From NCBI GenBank assembly GCA_965363765.1, contig CBDTUI010000001.1, positions 26,403-90,402 of the forward strand: a stretch of 64,000 nucleotides of DNA, written 5' to 3'. Shown in pieces: positions 48,150 through 56,013 of this stretch. Each line of letters begins with the position of its first letter. Positions within the stretch are counted from its first letter, which is position 1. The position numbers and the translations under genes were made by a program. Origin of the DNA: an uncultured Acidimicrobiia bacterium (lineage in GTDB: Bacteria; Actinomycetota; Acidimicrobiia; Spongiisociales; JAENVV01). The notes beneath the pieces are model-generated. The model was not told the origin of the DNA, searched no databases, and was given only the letters and a program-made list of their open reading frames with translations.

Positions 48150-49918
48150 AGCGGCACCTCGTCTCTGATCAAGCCGTCCTTGGCGGTGCTCAGCAAATGA
48201 GCAAACGCTGAGTCGGGGTCGGCGGCGAGGTCGGTCCGGCGGCCGTGTTCGATGACTTGGCCCCGCTCAAGGATCATGATTTCGTCCACATGTGAGACGG
48301 TTGCCAGACGATGCGCCACGATGATCGCGGTGCGGCCTTCGATGAGCCTGTCGAGTGCAGCCGCGAGAACTACTTCGGTGGCCGGGTCGACGCGGGAAGA
48401 AGGCTCGTCGAGGATCACCAGACCCGGATCAAGAAGATAGGCCCTGGCGAGCGCCACCAGCTGCGCCTCACCGGACGACAATCCTTTTCCGGCTGTGTCG
48501 AGATGGGTGTGAATACCATCGGGAAGGGTGGCCAGCCATTGGCCAAGACCAATATCGCGTAATGCGTGTTCGATGAGTGCGTCATCGTGGTCAGGGACGA
48601 ACATCGCCACGTTGTCGCGCACGGTGCCCTCGAAAAGTTGCACGTCTTGCGTGATCATTGCCACCCGAGTCCGCAGCGACGACTCGTCGATCTCAGTTAT
48701 CGGTTCACCCCCGAGGGAGATGGTGCCCGAACTCGCGTCGTAAAAACGGGCAATGAGTTTGGTGATCGTGCTCTTGCCGCTTCCGGTCCGCCCGAGCAAC
48801 CCGATATGGGTCCCGGGCGCGAACGCAAACGTCACCCCGTCGAGTACCGGATCGGTTTCGTACGCGAATGTCACGTTGGCAAAGTCGACGGCGAGAGCGT
48901 CGGATGACAGCTGAGTTGTTCCGAGTCGGGGGACCGTCGGTTGACGGCTGAAGAGCTCGCGGAGACGTCCAAGACCGGCAGCCGCCTTCTGGACCTCTTG
49001 CATCTGGTCGGTGATCTCTTCGATCGGTCCCTCAAGTTTGGACATGTACTGAATGATCAGAAAAGCAACCCCGTATGTGATTTGGCCCTGGAACACGAGA
49101 TAGGCGCCGACCGCCAAACCCAGCAGCGTCCCGAGCGAGAACATGCCGATCGACGTTGTCCAAATGACCGACCGCTTGATCCAGGCGTTCACCGATCGGG
49201 TGTAATAGCGTCGCATTACGGTCTGGAATGTGCCCATGACATACTCGCCCGCCCCGTTGGCGCGGATGTCTTCGATGGCGGCCAGCCGTTCCTCAATGAA
49301 ACCGTACAGGTCGGCCGACGTCCCTCGCTCGGCCTTGGTGGCGGCGACGGCGAACCCTCTCAGGAGATACATGGCGAGCACGACCGCGGCGGCGAACCCG
49401 ACAACGGTCCAGCCGGCGATAGCGTTCTCCCGGAACGTGAGAACGAAAATCCCACCAAGCAGCAGTACCCCGGAGATCACCTGAACTGCGAAATGGGAGA
49501 ACATCTTGGCGACGGCGTCTATGTCTCCGTCGACCCGCTCGATAAGCGCTCCGGCGCTCGTGTGCTTGTGATAGTCGAGATCGAGGGAGGCGACATGCCT
49601 CGTAGCGTCGATCCGCAGGTCGTTGGCGATTGACCATCCGATGGCCGTTCCGACGTATCGAGATGCAATTGCCATTATTTGAGCCCCGATTCCGGCGGCG
49701 ATGTAGATGGCGGCCAATCTGACCAGCTGACTGAGGGGGACACTTCCGAAGGCTTCGTCAATGAAGTCAGCCAGGATTTGTGGAATCCACAGCTCGAGGC
49801 CGACGCCAACCACGATGGCCAGAGTGGCGAGCAGGAACCAGCCCTTGCGGGTAGCCAGATAGGGGCGAAGTACATCGAGGTTCAGGCGCGACTTCTCGGC
49901 ACGCTCTTCGGGGTTCAT
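48146..49918 (-). CDS. ABC transporter, fused permease/ATP-binding subunit (partner of the downstream exporter; heterodimeric pair)
   Basis: 6-TM domain plus [17 protein letters not shown] and ILDEPSS. The stop overlaps the downstream start (ATGA). Confidence 0.88.
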   Translation of the reverse strand: MNPEERAEKSRLNLDVLRPYLATRKGWFLLATLAIVVGVGLELWIPQILADFIDEAFGSVPLSQLVRLAAIYIAAGIGAQIMAIASRYVGTAIGWSIANDLRIDATRHVASLDLDYHKHTSAGALIERVDGDIDAVAKMFSHFAVQVISGVLLLGGIFVLTFRENAIAGWTVVGFAAAVVLAMYLLRGFAVAATKAERGTSADLYGFIEERLAAIEDIRANGAGEYVMGTFQTVMRRYYTRSVNAWIKRSVIWTTSIGMFSLGTLLGLAVGAYLVFQGQITYGVAFLIIQYMSKLEGPIEEITDQMQEVQKAAAGLGRLRELFSRQPTVPRLGTTQLSSDALAVDFANVTFAYETDPVLDGVTFAFAPGTHIGLLGRTGSGKSTITKLIARFYDASSGTISLGGEPITEIDESSLRTRVAMITQDVQLFEGTVRDNVAMFVPDHDDALIEHALRDIGLGQWLATLPDGIHTHLDTAGKGLSSGEAQLVALARAYLLDPGLVILDEPSSRVDPATEVVLAAALDRLIEGRTAIIVAHRLATVSHVDEIMILERGQVIEHGRRTDLAADPDSAFAHLLSTAKDGLIRDEVPL

Positions 49919-50029
49919 GGGTTCAGGCTACGTGTGACGCGCCTCGAACGTCGTTCTTTTTTGCAGCGCTGATCGTGCTGGCGAGTGGGGTTGTTGACAA
50001 GGTAGGTCCGCACCCCTTGAATCCCCGGT

Positions 50030-50920
50030 GTGGCTGGGAAGTTAATGGGTTCAATCGAGGCGGGGGGCACCAAGTGGATTTGTGCTGTGGGAACCAGTCC
50101 GTCTGGCATTGTTGCTGAGACGCGTATCGACACCACCAGTCCAGCCGAAACCCTGGGTCTCGTACTCGACTTCTTCCGCTCCCAGCCGGTCATCGAAGCC
50201 GTCGGCGTGGCTTCGTTTGGGCCACTGGAGTTGCGCAAAGATCATCCCAAATTCGGGTACATCACGACCACACCCAAAGAGGGCTGGATGGACGCCGATC
50301 TGGTCGGTACCATCGGCGATGGGCTCGGAGTTCCTGTTCAACTCGACACCGATGTCAACGGGTCTGCCCTCGGTGAGGGCCGATGGGGTGCGGCCCAAGG
50401 CGTGGGGTCGTTTGTTTACTTGACGATCGGAACCGGGATCGGCGGGGGAGCAGTGGTGGGAGGCGAACCCGTTCATGGACTCGCTCACCCGGAGATGGGC
50501 CACGTCTCGGTGACCAGGCATCCAGACGACGGATTTGGCGGGCTATGCCCGTATCACGGTGACTGCTTCGAGGGGCTGGCCGCCGGCCCGGCAATTGTGG
50601 CCCGCTGGGGAGACGAACCGCGCTATCTGGCTCCAGCCCTTGGTCGGTCGGCAGCTGAGATGGAGGCTTTCTACGTTGCAGAAGGCCTGCGGGCCATCGT
50701 GTTTACATTGGCGCCAGAGCTGATCATCGTGGGCGGTGGTGTATCGCATATGGATGGTTTCTTTCCGGCGGTACGGAGTGCCCTCATCACGACGCTCGCT
50801 GGCTATCCGGGTCTTCCCGAGCATTCGTCGGATGCTTTTGTTGTACCGCCCGGACTCGGCGACAGGTCGGGGATTGCTGGTGGATTCGTCCTTGCTGAAC
50901 GAGCTGTCCGAACCCCGTGA
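50030..50920 (+). CDS. ROK family sugar kinase (glucokinase/fructokinase-like)
   Basis: IEAGGTKW N-terminal ATPase motif. ROK Zn motif (GLAHPEMGHV...CPYHGDCFEG). An alternative start is ATG 50045. Confidence 0.8.
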   Translation: MAGKLMGSIEAGGTKWICAVGTSPSGIVAETRIDTTSPAETLGLVLDFFRSQPVIEAVGVASFGPLELRKDHPKFGYITTTPKEGWMDADLVGTIGDGLGVPVQLDTDVNGSALGEGRWGAAQGVGSFVYLTIGTGIGGGAVVGGEPVHGLAHPEMGHVSVTRHPDDGFGGLCPYHGDCFEGLAAGPAIVARWGDEPRYLAPALGRSAAEMEAFYVAEGLRAIVFTLAPELIIVGGGVSHMDGFFPAVRSALITTLAGYPGLPEHSSDAFVVPPGLGDRSGIAGGFVLAERAVRTP

Positions 50921-51852
50921 CCGACCAGTTGCCTCCATTCGCAACTTCGCCTCCCGAACGACCGGGAAAACCGGTCGCGACGCAGGCGATCGACGCAGAC
51001 CTGGTCCGAGCGTTGCTTCGCTCGCAGTGTCCGATGTACGCCGATCTTCCTCTCATCAAGGCGGCCACCGGGTGGGACAACGAGATGTATCGGCTCGGCG
51101 ACGAACTGGCCGTTCGGCTCCCTCGCCGCGACATTGCCGCTCCGAACATCACCAACGAGCAGCGTTGGCTCCCTGGCCTGGCTCCGGCGCTTCCAATCCG
51201 TGTTCCAGTCGCCATCGTCAACGGGACACCGGAGTTTGGCTATCCATACGGGTGGAGTGTCGTGAATTGGGCAGCAGGCACAACGGCCGCTTCGAGCTCG
51301 CTGCTTCCTGCCAACGCCGGCGCCATTGCGAAGTTTCTGGTGGCCCTTCACAGCCAGGTCCCGCCCGACGAAGCGCCGGTCAATCCGTGGAGAGGGGGCC
51401 TTCTGGCCGAACGCACCGAAGCCGTCGAGGAGCGCCTAGAGGTCGTTTTCCGAAAAGACCCTGAACTCGGAGTCACGCACGCGGACACTCTCAGACTCTG
51501 GAAGGCAGCATCTCAAGTGACGATCGATCTTCCCGCCACCTGGATCCACGGTGATCTGCATCCCAAGAACCTGATCGTCGACGAAGGCATCATTGTCATG
51601 GTCATCGACTGGGGAGATATCTGCGTTGGTGATCCCGCTACCGATCTGGCCGCAGCCTGGATGTTGTTTGATGCCCTCGCGGTTGAGGAATTTCGGCAGT
51701 CATATGGGAACATTTCGGAGGCAACGTGGTTGCGTGCCCAAGGCTGGGCCATCTACTTCGGAGCCGTGCTGTTGCTCAACGGATTGGCAGACGACCAGGC
51801 CTTTGCCGCGGTCGGACGGCGCACGCTGAATAGAGTGGGAATGAGTCGGTAA
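50917..51852 (+). CDS. Aminoglycoside-phosphotransferase (APH) fold kinase family protein
   Basis: Brenner motif HGDLHPKNLIV and IDWGD. The start overlaps the ROK stop. Confidence 0.75.
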   Translation: MTDQLPPFATSPPERPGKPVATQAIDADLVRALLRSQCPMYADLPLIKAATGWDNEMYRLGDELAVRLPRRDIAAPNITNEQRWLPGLAPALPIRVPVAIVNGTPEFGYPYGWSVVNWAAGTTAASSSLLPANAGAIAKFLVALHSQVPPDEAPVNPWRGGLLAERTEAVEERLEVVFRKDPELGVTHADTLRLWKAASQVTIDLPATWIHGDLHPKNLIVDEGIIVMVIDWGDICVGDPATDLAAAWMLFDALAVEEFRQSYGNISEATWLRAQGWAIYFGAVLLLNGLADDQAFAAVGRRTLNRVGMSR

Positions 51853-51955
51853 CCCCGCCGGCTGTCCGCGAGATTATTTTTGGCTACTGAGAACTATTTC
51901 CAGTGTCGGGTGTCAAAGCGGTATACATCAGCTCGGTCAACTGAAGGAGGCCATT

Positions 51956-52768
51956 ATGAAGCTCGGTGAAATGGGAACGAAGGTACGTGATTCGATCGTC
52001 GGAACCGTCAAAGGCGCCGGCACGGTGGCCGACACAACGGTCAACGAGATCAAGGACACGACAGTCAAGGTGTTGAAGGGCGCTGGTGGCATTATCCACG
52101 GCGGAACCGACGCAGTTGGCGATGTTGTATCAGGCGCATTGAGCGCTGTCGATGATATCGGCGGCGGTATCCTCAAGGTTGCCAAGGGTGTTGTGCTCGG
52201 TGTAGTTGGCTCGGTTGGCGAAGTAGCGACTGTTACCGCCGGGACGATCAGCGACATTGTTCGCGCAGCGATCAAGGGTACGTCTGAGATTGGTGGCGAC
52301 CTAACGGCTGCCGCCAGTGGCACGGCCCAGGGTGTCATGGGTGGCGCCAAGGAAGTAGGCATGTCGGCTACCGACGCAGCCTTCACCCTCGCCAAGTCCG
52401 TTGTGACGGGTACGACTGAGGTCGGTGGCGACCTCATCGGCGCCGTGACCGGCACCGTTCAGGGTGCCGTCAAGGGCGCATCCGAAACGGGTGGCGATGT
52501 ACTCGGTGCCATCTCGAACACCGCTCGCGGCGCAGTCCGCGGTGTAGGTGAAGTTGGCGGCGACATCGCCGAAGTAACCCGCACGACCATTTCGGCTGCC
52601 ATTGGTGCTGCCAAAGAGGTCGGTCTTGGAGTCGAGGATGCTGCTTCGGCAGCCGCCACCGGCGCCATGGAAGCGGCTGGCAACATTGGCGAGTCCGCAG
52701 TGAACGCGGTCACCGGTGTTATCGGTACCACCGTCGACGGTGTGAAGGTTGCTGTCAAAGGCCAGTAA
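51956..52768 (+). CDS. 22-residue tandem-repeat protein (Gly/Ala/Val/Thr-rich, apolipoprotein/LEA-like 11/22-mer periodicity). Unknown function.
   Basis: Strong RBS GAAGGAGG. No signal peptide. The motif E(V/I/T)GGD recurs every 22 aa (for example EVGGDLIGAVTGTVQGAVKGASETGGDVLGAISNTARGAVRGVGEVGGDIAEV). Followed by a strong terminator. Confidence 0.7.
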   Translation: MKLGEMGTKVRDSIVGTVKGAGTVADTTVNEIKDTTVKVLKGAGGIIHGGTDAVGDVVSGALSAVDDIGGGILKVAKGVVLGVVGSVGEVATVTAGTISDIVRAAIKGTSEIGGDLTAAASGTAQGVMGGAKEVGMSATDAAFTLAKSVVTGTTEVGGDLIGAVTGTVQGAVKGASETGGDVLGAISNTARGAVRGVGEVGGDIAEVTRTTISAAIGAAKEVGLGVEDAASAAATGAMEAAGNIGESAVNAVTGVIGTTVDGVKVAVKGQ

Positions 52769-52796
52769 GGCACTCTGACTAAACCGAACCAAAAGG

Positions 52797-52829
52797 AGGC
52801 CCGGGCGTTTGCCCGGGCCTTCTTGTTTT
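52797..52829. terminator. Bidirectional rho-independent terminator (for the repeat-protein gene on the plus strand and argS on the minus strand)
   Basis: 10-bp GC stem AGGCCCGGGC/GCCCGGGCCT with loop GTTT, followed by TCTTGTTTTG and preceded by AACCAAAAGG. Confidence 0.8.
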
Positions 52830-52837
52830 GGGTCGTT

Positions 52838-54598
52838 CTACATCCGGTCGGGGACTTCTATCCCGAGGAGATCGAGTAGGACCGTGAGGGTCCGCGCGGT
52901 TAGTTCAATCAGACCGAGCCAGGAAGCCTTGCGAGTTAGATCCGTCTCGCTGAGAATGTGGCACTCCTCGTAGAAGCGGTTGAACTGCTGGGCGAGTTCG
53001 TAGGCGAACTCGGCGATGTGATTCGGAGCGCGAGTGGTCCAGGCCCGATCGATCACGTCGGGAGAGCGAAGTAACTCGAGCATGAGGCGCCGTTCTGCTT
53101 CGACTGTCGGTTCCACGAGGGAACCGGGTGTCCAACCGGCCTCGGCCGCCTCCCGCAGGATTGACTGGGTTCGCACGACCGCGTATTGGAGGTACGGGCC
53201 GGTCTTGCCGACCAGACTTGTGAATCGTTCGAGGTCGAACAGATAGTCGGATTGTCGGTGGTTAGACAACTCACCGAACTTGAGGGCAGCCAGACCGACC
53301 AACCGCGCGATTTCGGTCCGCTCCTCGTCGGTGTAGTCACTGATCTTCGATTCTGCCAGGCGGGCGAGACCTGCTTTGGTCACCATGTTGATCAGATCAC
53401 GCAGCTTGACCACGCCACCCTTGCGGGTCTGGAAGGGTTTCCCGTCTGGTCCGTTCATCGTTCCGAACTTGATGTGCTCCAGTGCGGCGTCCGGTGGCAC
53501 GATGCCAGCCTGGCGGCCAACCCGAAACACCTGTTCGAAGTGGAGCGCTTGACGGGCATCGACGACATACAGGACTTCTTGTCGATCGAGTTCCTCCATC
53601 CGCATCTGCAACGTGGCAACATCGGTCGTCGAATACAGGTAGGCACCGTCGCCTTTGAGCATGATGAGCGGCGGTATGTCCATCTTGTCGGTCGGTTCGG
53701 CGACGTCGACTACCAACGCCCCAGCCGACTCCTTAGCGAGTCCTTGGGACTTCAGCAGGTTGATCAGTGGGTCAACCAATTCATGCACCGTCGCCTCTCC
53801 GTACCAGAGGTCGAAGTCCACTCCGAGGTCATGGAAGTCTGCTCGTTGTGACGTTTGGGAAACGTCAACGAGGTGCTGCCAGAGTGCCCGATATCCGGGC
53901 CGGCCCTGTTGGAGTTCGACGGTGGCCAGTCGGGCCGCCTCAGCGATGTCCGGATCGTCTTTAGCTCGCCCGGATATGTCCGGGTAGATCTCCTGGAGGT
54001 CGGTCATGCTGACCGGCGAATCGGCGGGATAGCCGTATGTGATGGCAGGGTCGAAGTAGGGCAGGTCAGGCATTCGCTCCCTGACGCCGACGATGACCTG
54101 TCCCATTTGGGTGCCCCAGTCACCGAAGTGGGCGTCGCCGAGAACGTTATGTCCGACGAACTTTCCGATGCGGGTCAGCGAGTCGCCAATGATGGTGGCT
54201 CGTAGGTGGCCAACATGCATGTCTTTGGCGACGTTGGGGCCGCCGTAGTCGACCAGCACCCGTTTGGGATCGGCGACGGGGTCGATGCCGAGTCGGGCAG
54301 TCTGCATCGTCGAGGCGAACCCGATGAGGGCTTGGTCGGTCAGCCTGATGTTGATGAATCCAGGTCCGGCGAGTGTCAGCTCGGCAAATTGAGGACGGTT
54401 GGACAGTGACTCGACGACGGTCTGAGCGATTTCACGCGGATTGCGGCCAGCTTGTTTGGCGGCCGGCAGCGCACCGTTGCATTGGAACTGCCCGAGATCG
54501 GGTCGCGATGACACCACTACGGCACCGAACGAGGAGTCAAGGCCCTGGCTGGCAAAAGCCTGGCCAAAGATTTCAGAGAGTTGAATCAGGACGTTCAT
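52838..54598 (-). CDS. argS: Arginine--tRNA ligase
   Basis: Class I aaRS. HIGH-type motif HVGHLRATIIGD. C-terminal DALR anticodon-binding domain. 586 aa. Confidence 0.92.
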   Translation of the reverse strand: MNVLIQLSEIFGQAFASQGLDSSFGAVVVSSRPDLGQFQCNGALPAAKQAGRNPREIAQTVVESLSNRPQFAELTLAGPGFINIRLTDQALIGFASTMQTARLGIDPVADPKRVLVDYGGPNVAKDMHVGHLRATIIGDSLTRIGKFVGHNVLGDAHFGDWGTQMGQVIVGVRERMPDLPYFDPAITYGYPADSPVSMTDLQEIYPDISGRAKDDPDIAEAARLATVELQQGRPGYRALWQHLVDVSQTSQRADFHDLGVDFDLWYGEATVHELVDPLINLLKSQGLAKESAGALVVDVAEPTDKMDIPPLIMLKGDGAYLYSTTDVATLQMRMEELDRQEVLYVVDARQALHFEQVFRVGRQAGIVPPDAALEHIKFGTMNGPDGKPFQTRKGGVVKLRDLINMVTKAGLARLAESKISDYTDEERTEIARLVGLAALKFGELSNHRQSDYLFDLERFTSLVGKTGPYLQYAVVRTQSILREAAEAGWTPGSLVEPTVEAERRLMLELLRSPDVIDRAWTTRAPNHIAEFAYELAQQFNRFYEECHILSETDLTRKASWLGLIELTARTLTVLLDLLGIEVPDRM

Positions 54599-54646
54599 GG
54601 CTATCGGTAAGGATAGGCCGGATAACCTGACAGTCGGTCTGTCCCG

Positions 54647-55159
54647 CTAACCGTTGGTGACGTTGAAGCGGAGGTTGCCGGAAGAATCCGAAACGATGGC
54701 CTCAAAACTACATTTGGCGCCAGAGCTGGTCATCGTCTTCTCGGCGATCGGTTCGGTCGCATCCTCGGAGTCGAAGACCTTGAACACCACAGGCAGGCCG
54801 CCGTCAACGGTGAGATTCTGGCCTCGGTCGGTTCTGACAGGCCCGATGGTCGCCTTCGAGGTCGTGGCTGTCAGCCAGTAGCCGTCGGAACCAGCGATGA
54901 CCGTGATGTCACAACTGGCGTGCCTGGTTGAGATGAGCCCGGCTTCATCGGTGTTGCCAGTCATCTGGATTAGGCCGAAACCAAGCATGACGACGACGGC
55001 CGCGCCTGCGGCGGCCATCACCAGATTGTTGAATCGGTTTCGGCGAGGCTGAAAAGGGACGACTTTGGTTTGCACAAATTTGTGGTCTGGGACTTCGATG
55101 AGGCGCGCTTTGGCGGCCAGATGGCCGCGTAGGCGCTCCTCAAAGTCGGATTCGTTCAC
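54647..55159 (-). CDS. Putative anti-sigma factor (single-pass membrane protein co-translated with the ECF sigma factor)
   Basis: The start overlaps the sigma stop (ATGA). Domain order is ~55 aa cytoplasmic N-terminus, one TM helix (LVMAAAGAAVVVMLGFGLI), then a ~95 aa extracytoplasmic domain. No canonical zinc anti-sigma domain. Confidence 0.5.
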   Translation of the reverse strand: MNESDFEERLRGHLAAKARLIEVPDHKFVQTKVVPFQPRRNRFNNLVMAAAGAAVVVMLGFGLIQMTGNTDEAGLISTRHASCDITVIAGSDGYWLTATTSKATIGPVRTDRGQNLTVDGGLPVVFKVFDSEDATEPIAEKTMTSSGAKCSFEAIVSDSSGNLRFNVTNG

Positions 55160-55707
55160 GTTGCTTCTCCAAGAGATTTCTGGAGTGCGGCGACACCCCG
55201 ATGAATTCGGCTTTTAACGGTCCCCTTGGGAATCCCGAGCGAGTCGGAGATTTCCTCCATGGACCAATCCATGTAGTACCGCAAGACGACCGGGGCCCGA
55301 TACTTTTCGGGTAGTTCTGCCAGGGCCGCGTCGAGCTTTGGCTCGAACTGCGGATCTTCAATATGGGGTTTGTCCGTGACGTAGATCGATGGCAGTTCTC
55401 GTTTTGACCGACGAAGTTTGGTGCGTGCCCAGTTCATGCCAACCCGGTAAACCCAGCCTCCCGGGTTGTCATAGGTCTGCACGTCTGACCAGCGCTGGTA
55501 GGCGCGGGTCATGGCTTCATCGGCCGCCTCGATGCCCAACTCCCGGTTACCAAGAACGATCACCAGGGTGCGCACCAAATGAGGACGTTTCGCGTTGTAG
55601 AACTCTTCAAAAGAGTTCAGCGAGATGCCCTGTTCGACTGTCACGGTTCCCTCCATACGGGGAGCAGACGCATCGTTTGGCTTGTTGGTTCCCAGATTCC
55701 GTTCCAT
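55156..55707 (-). CDS. ECF subfamily RNA polymerase sigma-70 factor
   Basis: Sigma70_r2 (FEEFYNAKRPHLVRTL...YQRW). Sigma70_r4 (LPEKYRAPVVLRYYMDWSMEEISDSLGIPKGTVKSRIHRG). The start is set to ATG 55707; the track ORF runs into the repeat array. Confidence 0.85.
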   Translation of the reverse strand: MERNLGTNKPNDASAPRMEGTVTVEQGISLNSFEEFYNAKRPHLVRTLVIVLGNRELGIEAADEAMTRAYQRWSDVQTYDNPGGWVYRVGMNWARTKLRRSKRELPSIYVTDKPHIEDPQFEPKLDAALAELPEKYRAPVVLRYYMDWSMEEISDSLGIPKGTVKSRIHRGVAALQKSLGEAT

Positions 55708-55758
55708 CTCGTTCCCAGGATAGGTCTCCCCAACCTGGCTCCAAACCCACCATTCCCC

Positions 55759-55947
55759 GAACCCAGGGTTCAACCCAGGGTTCCAGCGCCCGAATACGGG
55801 TGCTGAGGCCCCAAGAACAACCCAGGGTTGAACCCAGGGTTCCTACCCCCGTTTTTCGGGGGGTTACAGCCCCGAGAACAACCCTGGGTTGGTGCGTGAA
55901 CCCTGGGTTCTAGCGCCCGGGTATGGGTGCTGGAGCCCCAAGAACAG
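55759..55947. repeat. Tandem array of three copies of a 61-67 bp palindrome-containing repeat (same family as the solo copy at 12138-12210)
   Basis: Copy 1 is 55759-55819, copy 2 is 55820-55880 and copy 3 is 55881-55947. Each starts with the near-palindromes (G)AACCCAGGGTT(C/G)AACCCAGGGTTC and ends CCCCAAGAACA. Copy 2 has a diverged middle (CCCCCGTTTTTCGGGGGG hairpin). Confidence 0.85.
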
Positions 55948-56013
55948 CGCGCGGGTGACAAAAGGTGGGCTGCGGTGGGCTGGGTCGGGACGACGCAGCT
56001 ACCCTTCGGCCTG

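Noticed and set aside
50736-51464. ORFs 50736..51464 plus (242 aa), 50803..51351 minus and 50787..51221 minus, overlapping the APH-family gene
   Set aside because: Alternate frames or antisense of the APH-fold kinase (HGDLH, IDWGD motifs). Arg-rich low-complexity products.
55759-55947. Possible CRISPR array (tandem direct repeats)
   Set aside because: Only three units are present. The units abut each other with no unique spacers, they are internally palindromic and of unequal length, and a solo inverted copy exists elsewhere. No cas genes are present. This pattern fits a REP/MITE-like repeat, not CRISPR.
55773-55961. Track ORFs beginning inside the repeat array (55156..55773 minus-strand N-terminus MNPGFGEWW..., 55770..55961 minus strand, 55927..58203 plus-strand N-terminus, 12083 and 12154 starts)
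   Set aside because: The repeat lacks stop codons, so ORFs are artificially extended into it. The translations there (NPGFNPG and similar) mirror the repeat. Starts were moved to downstream codons matching conserved N-termini.
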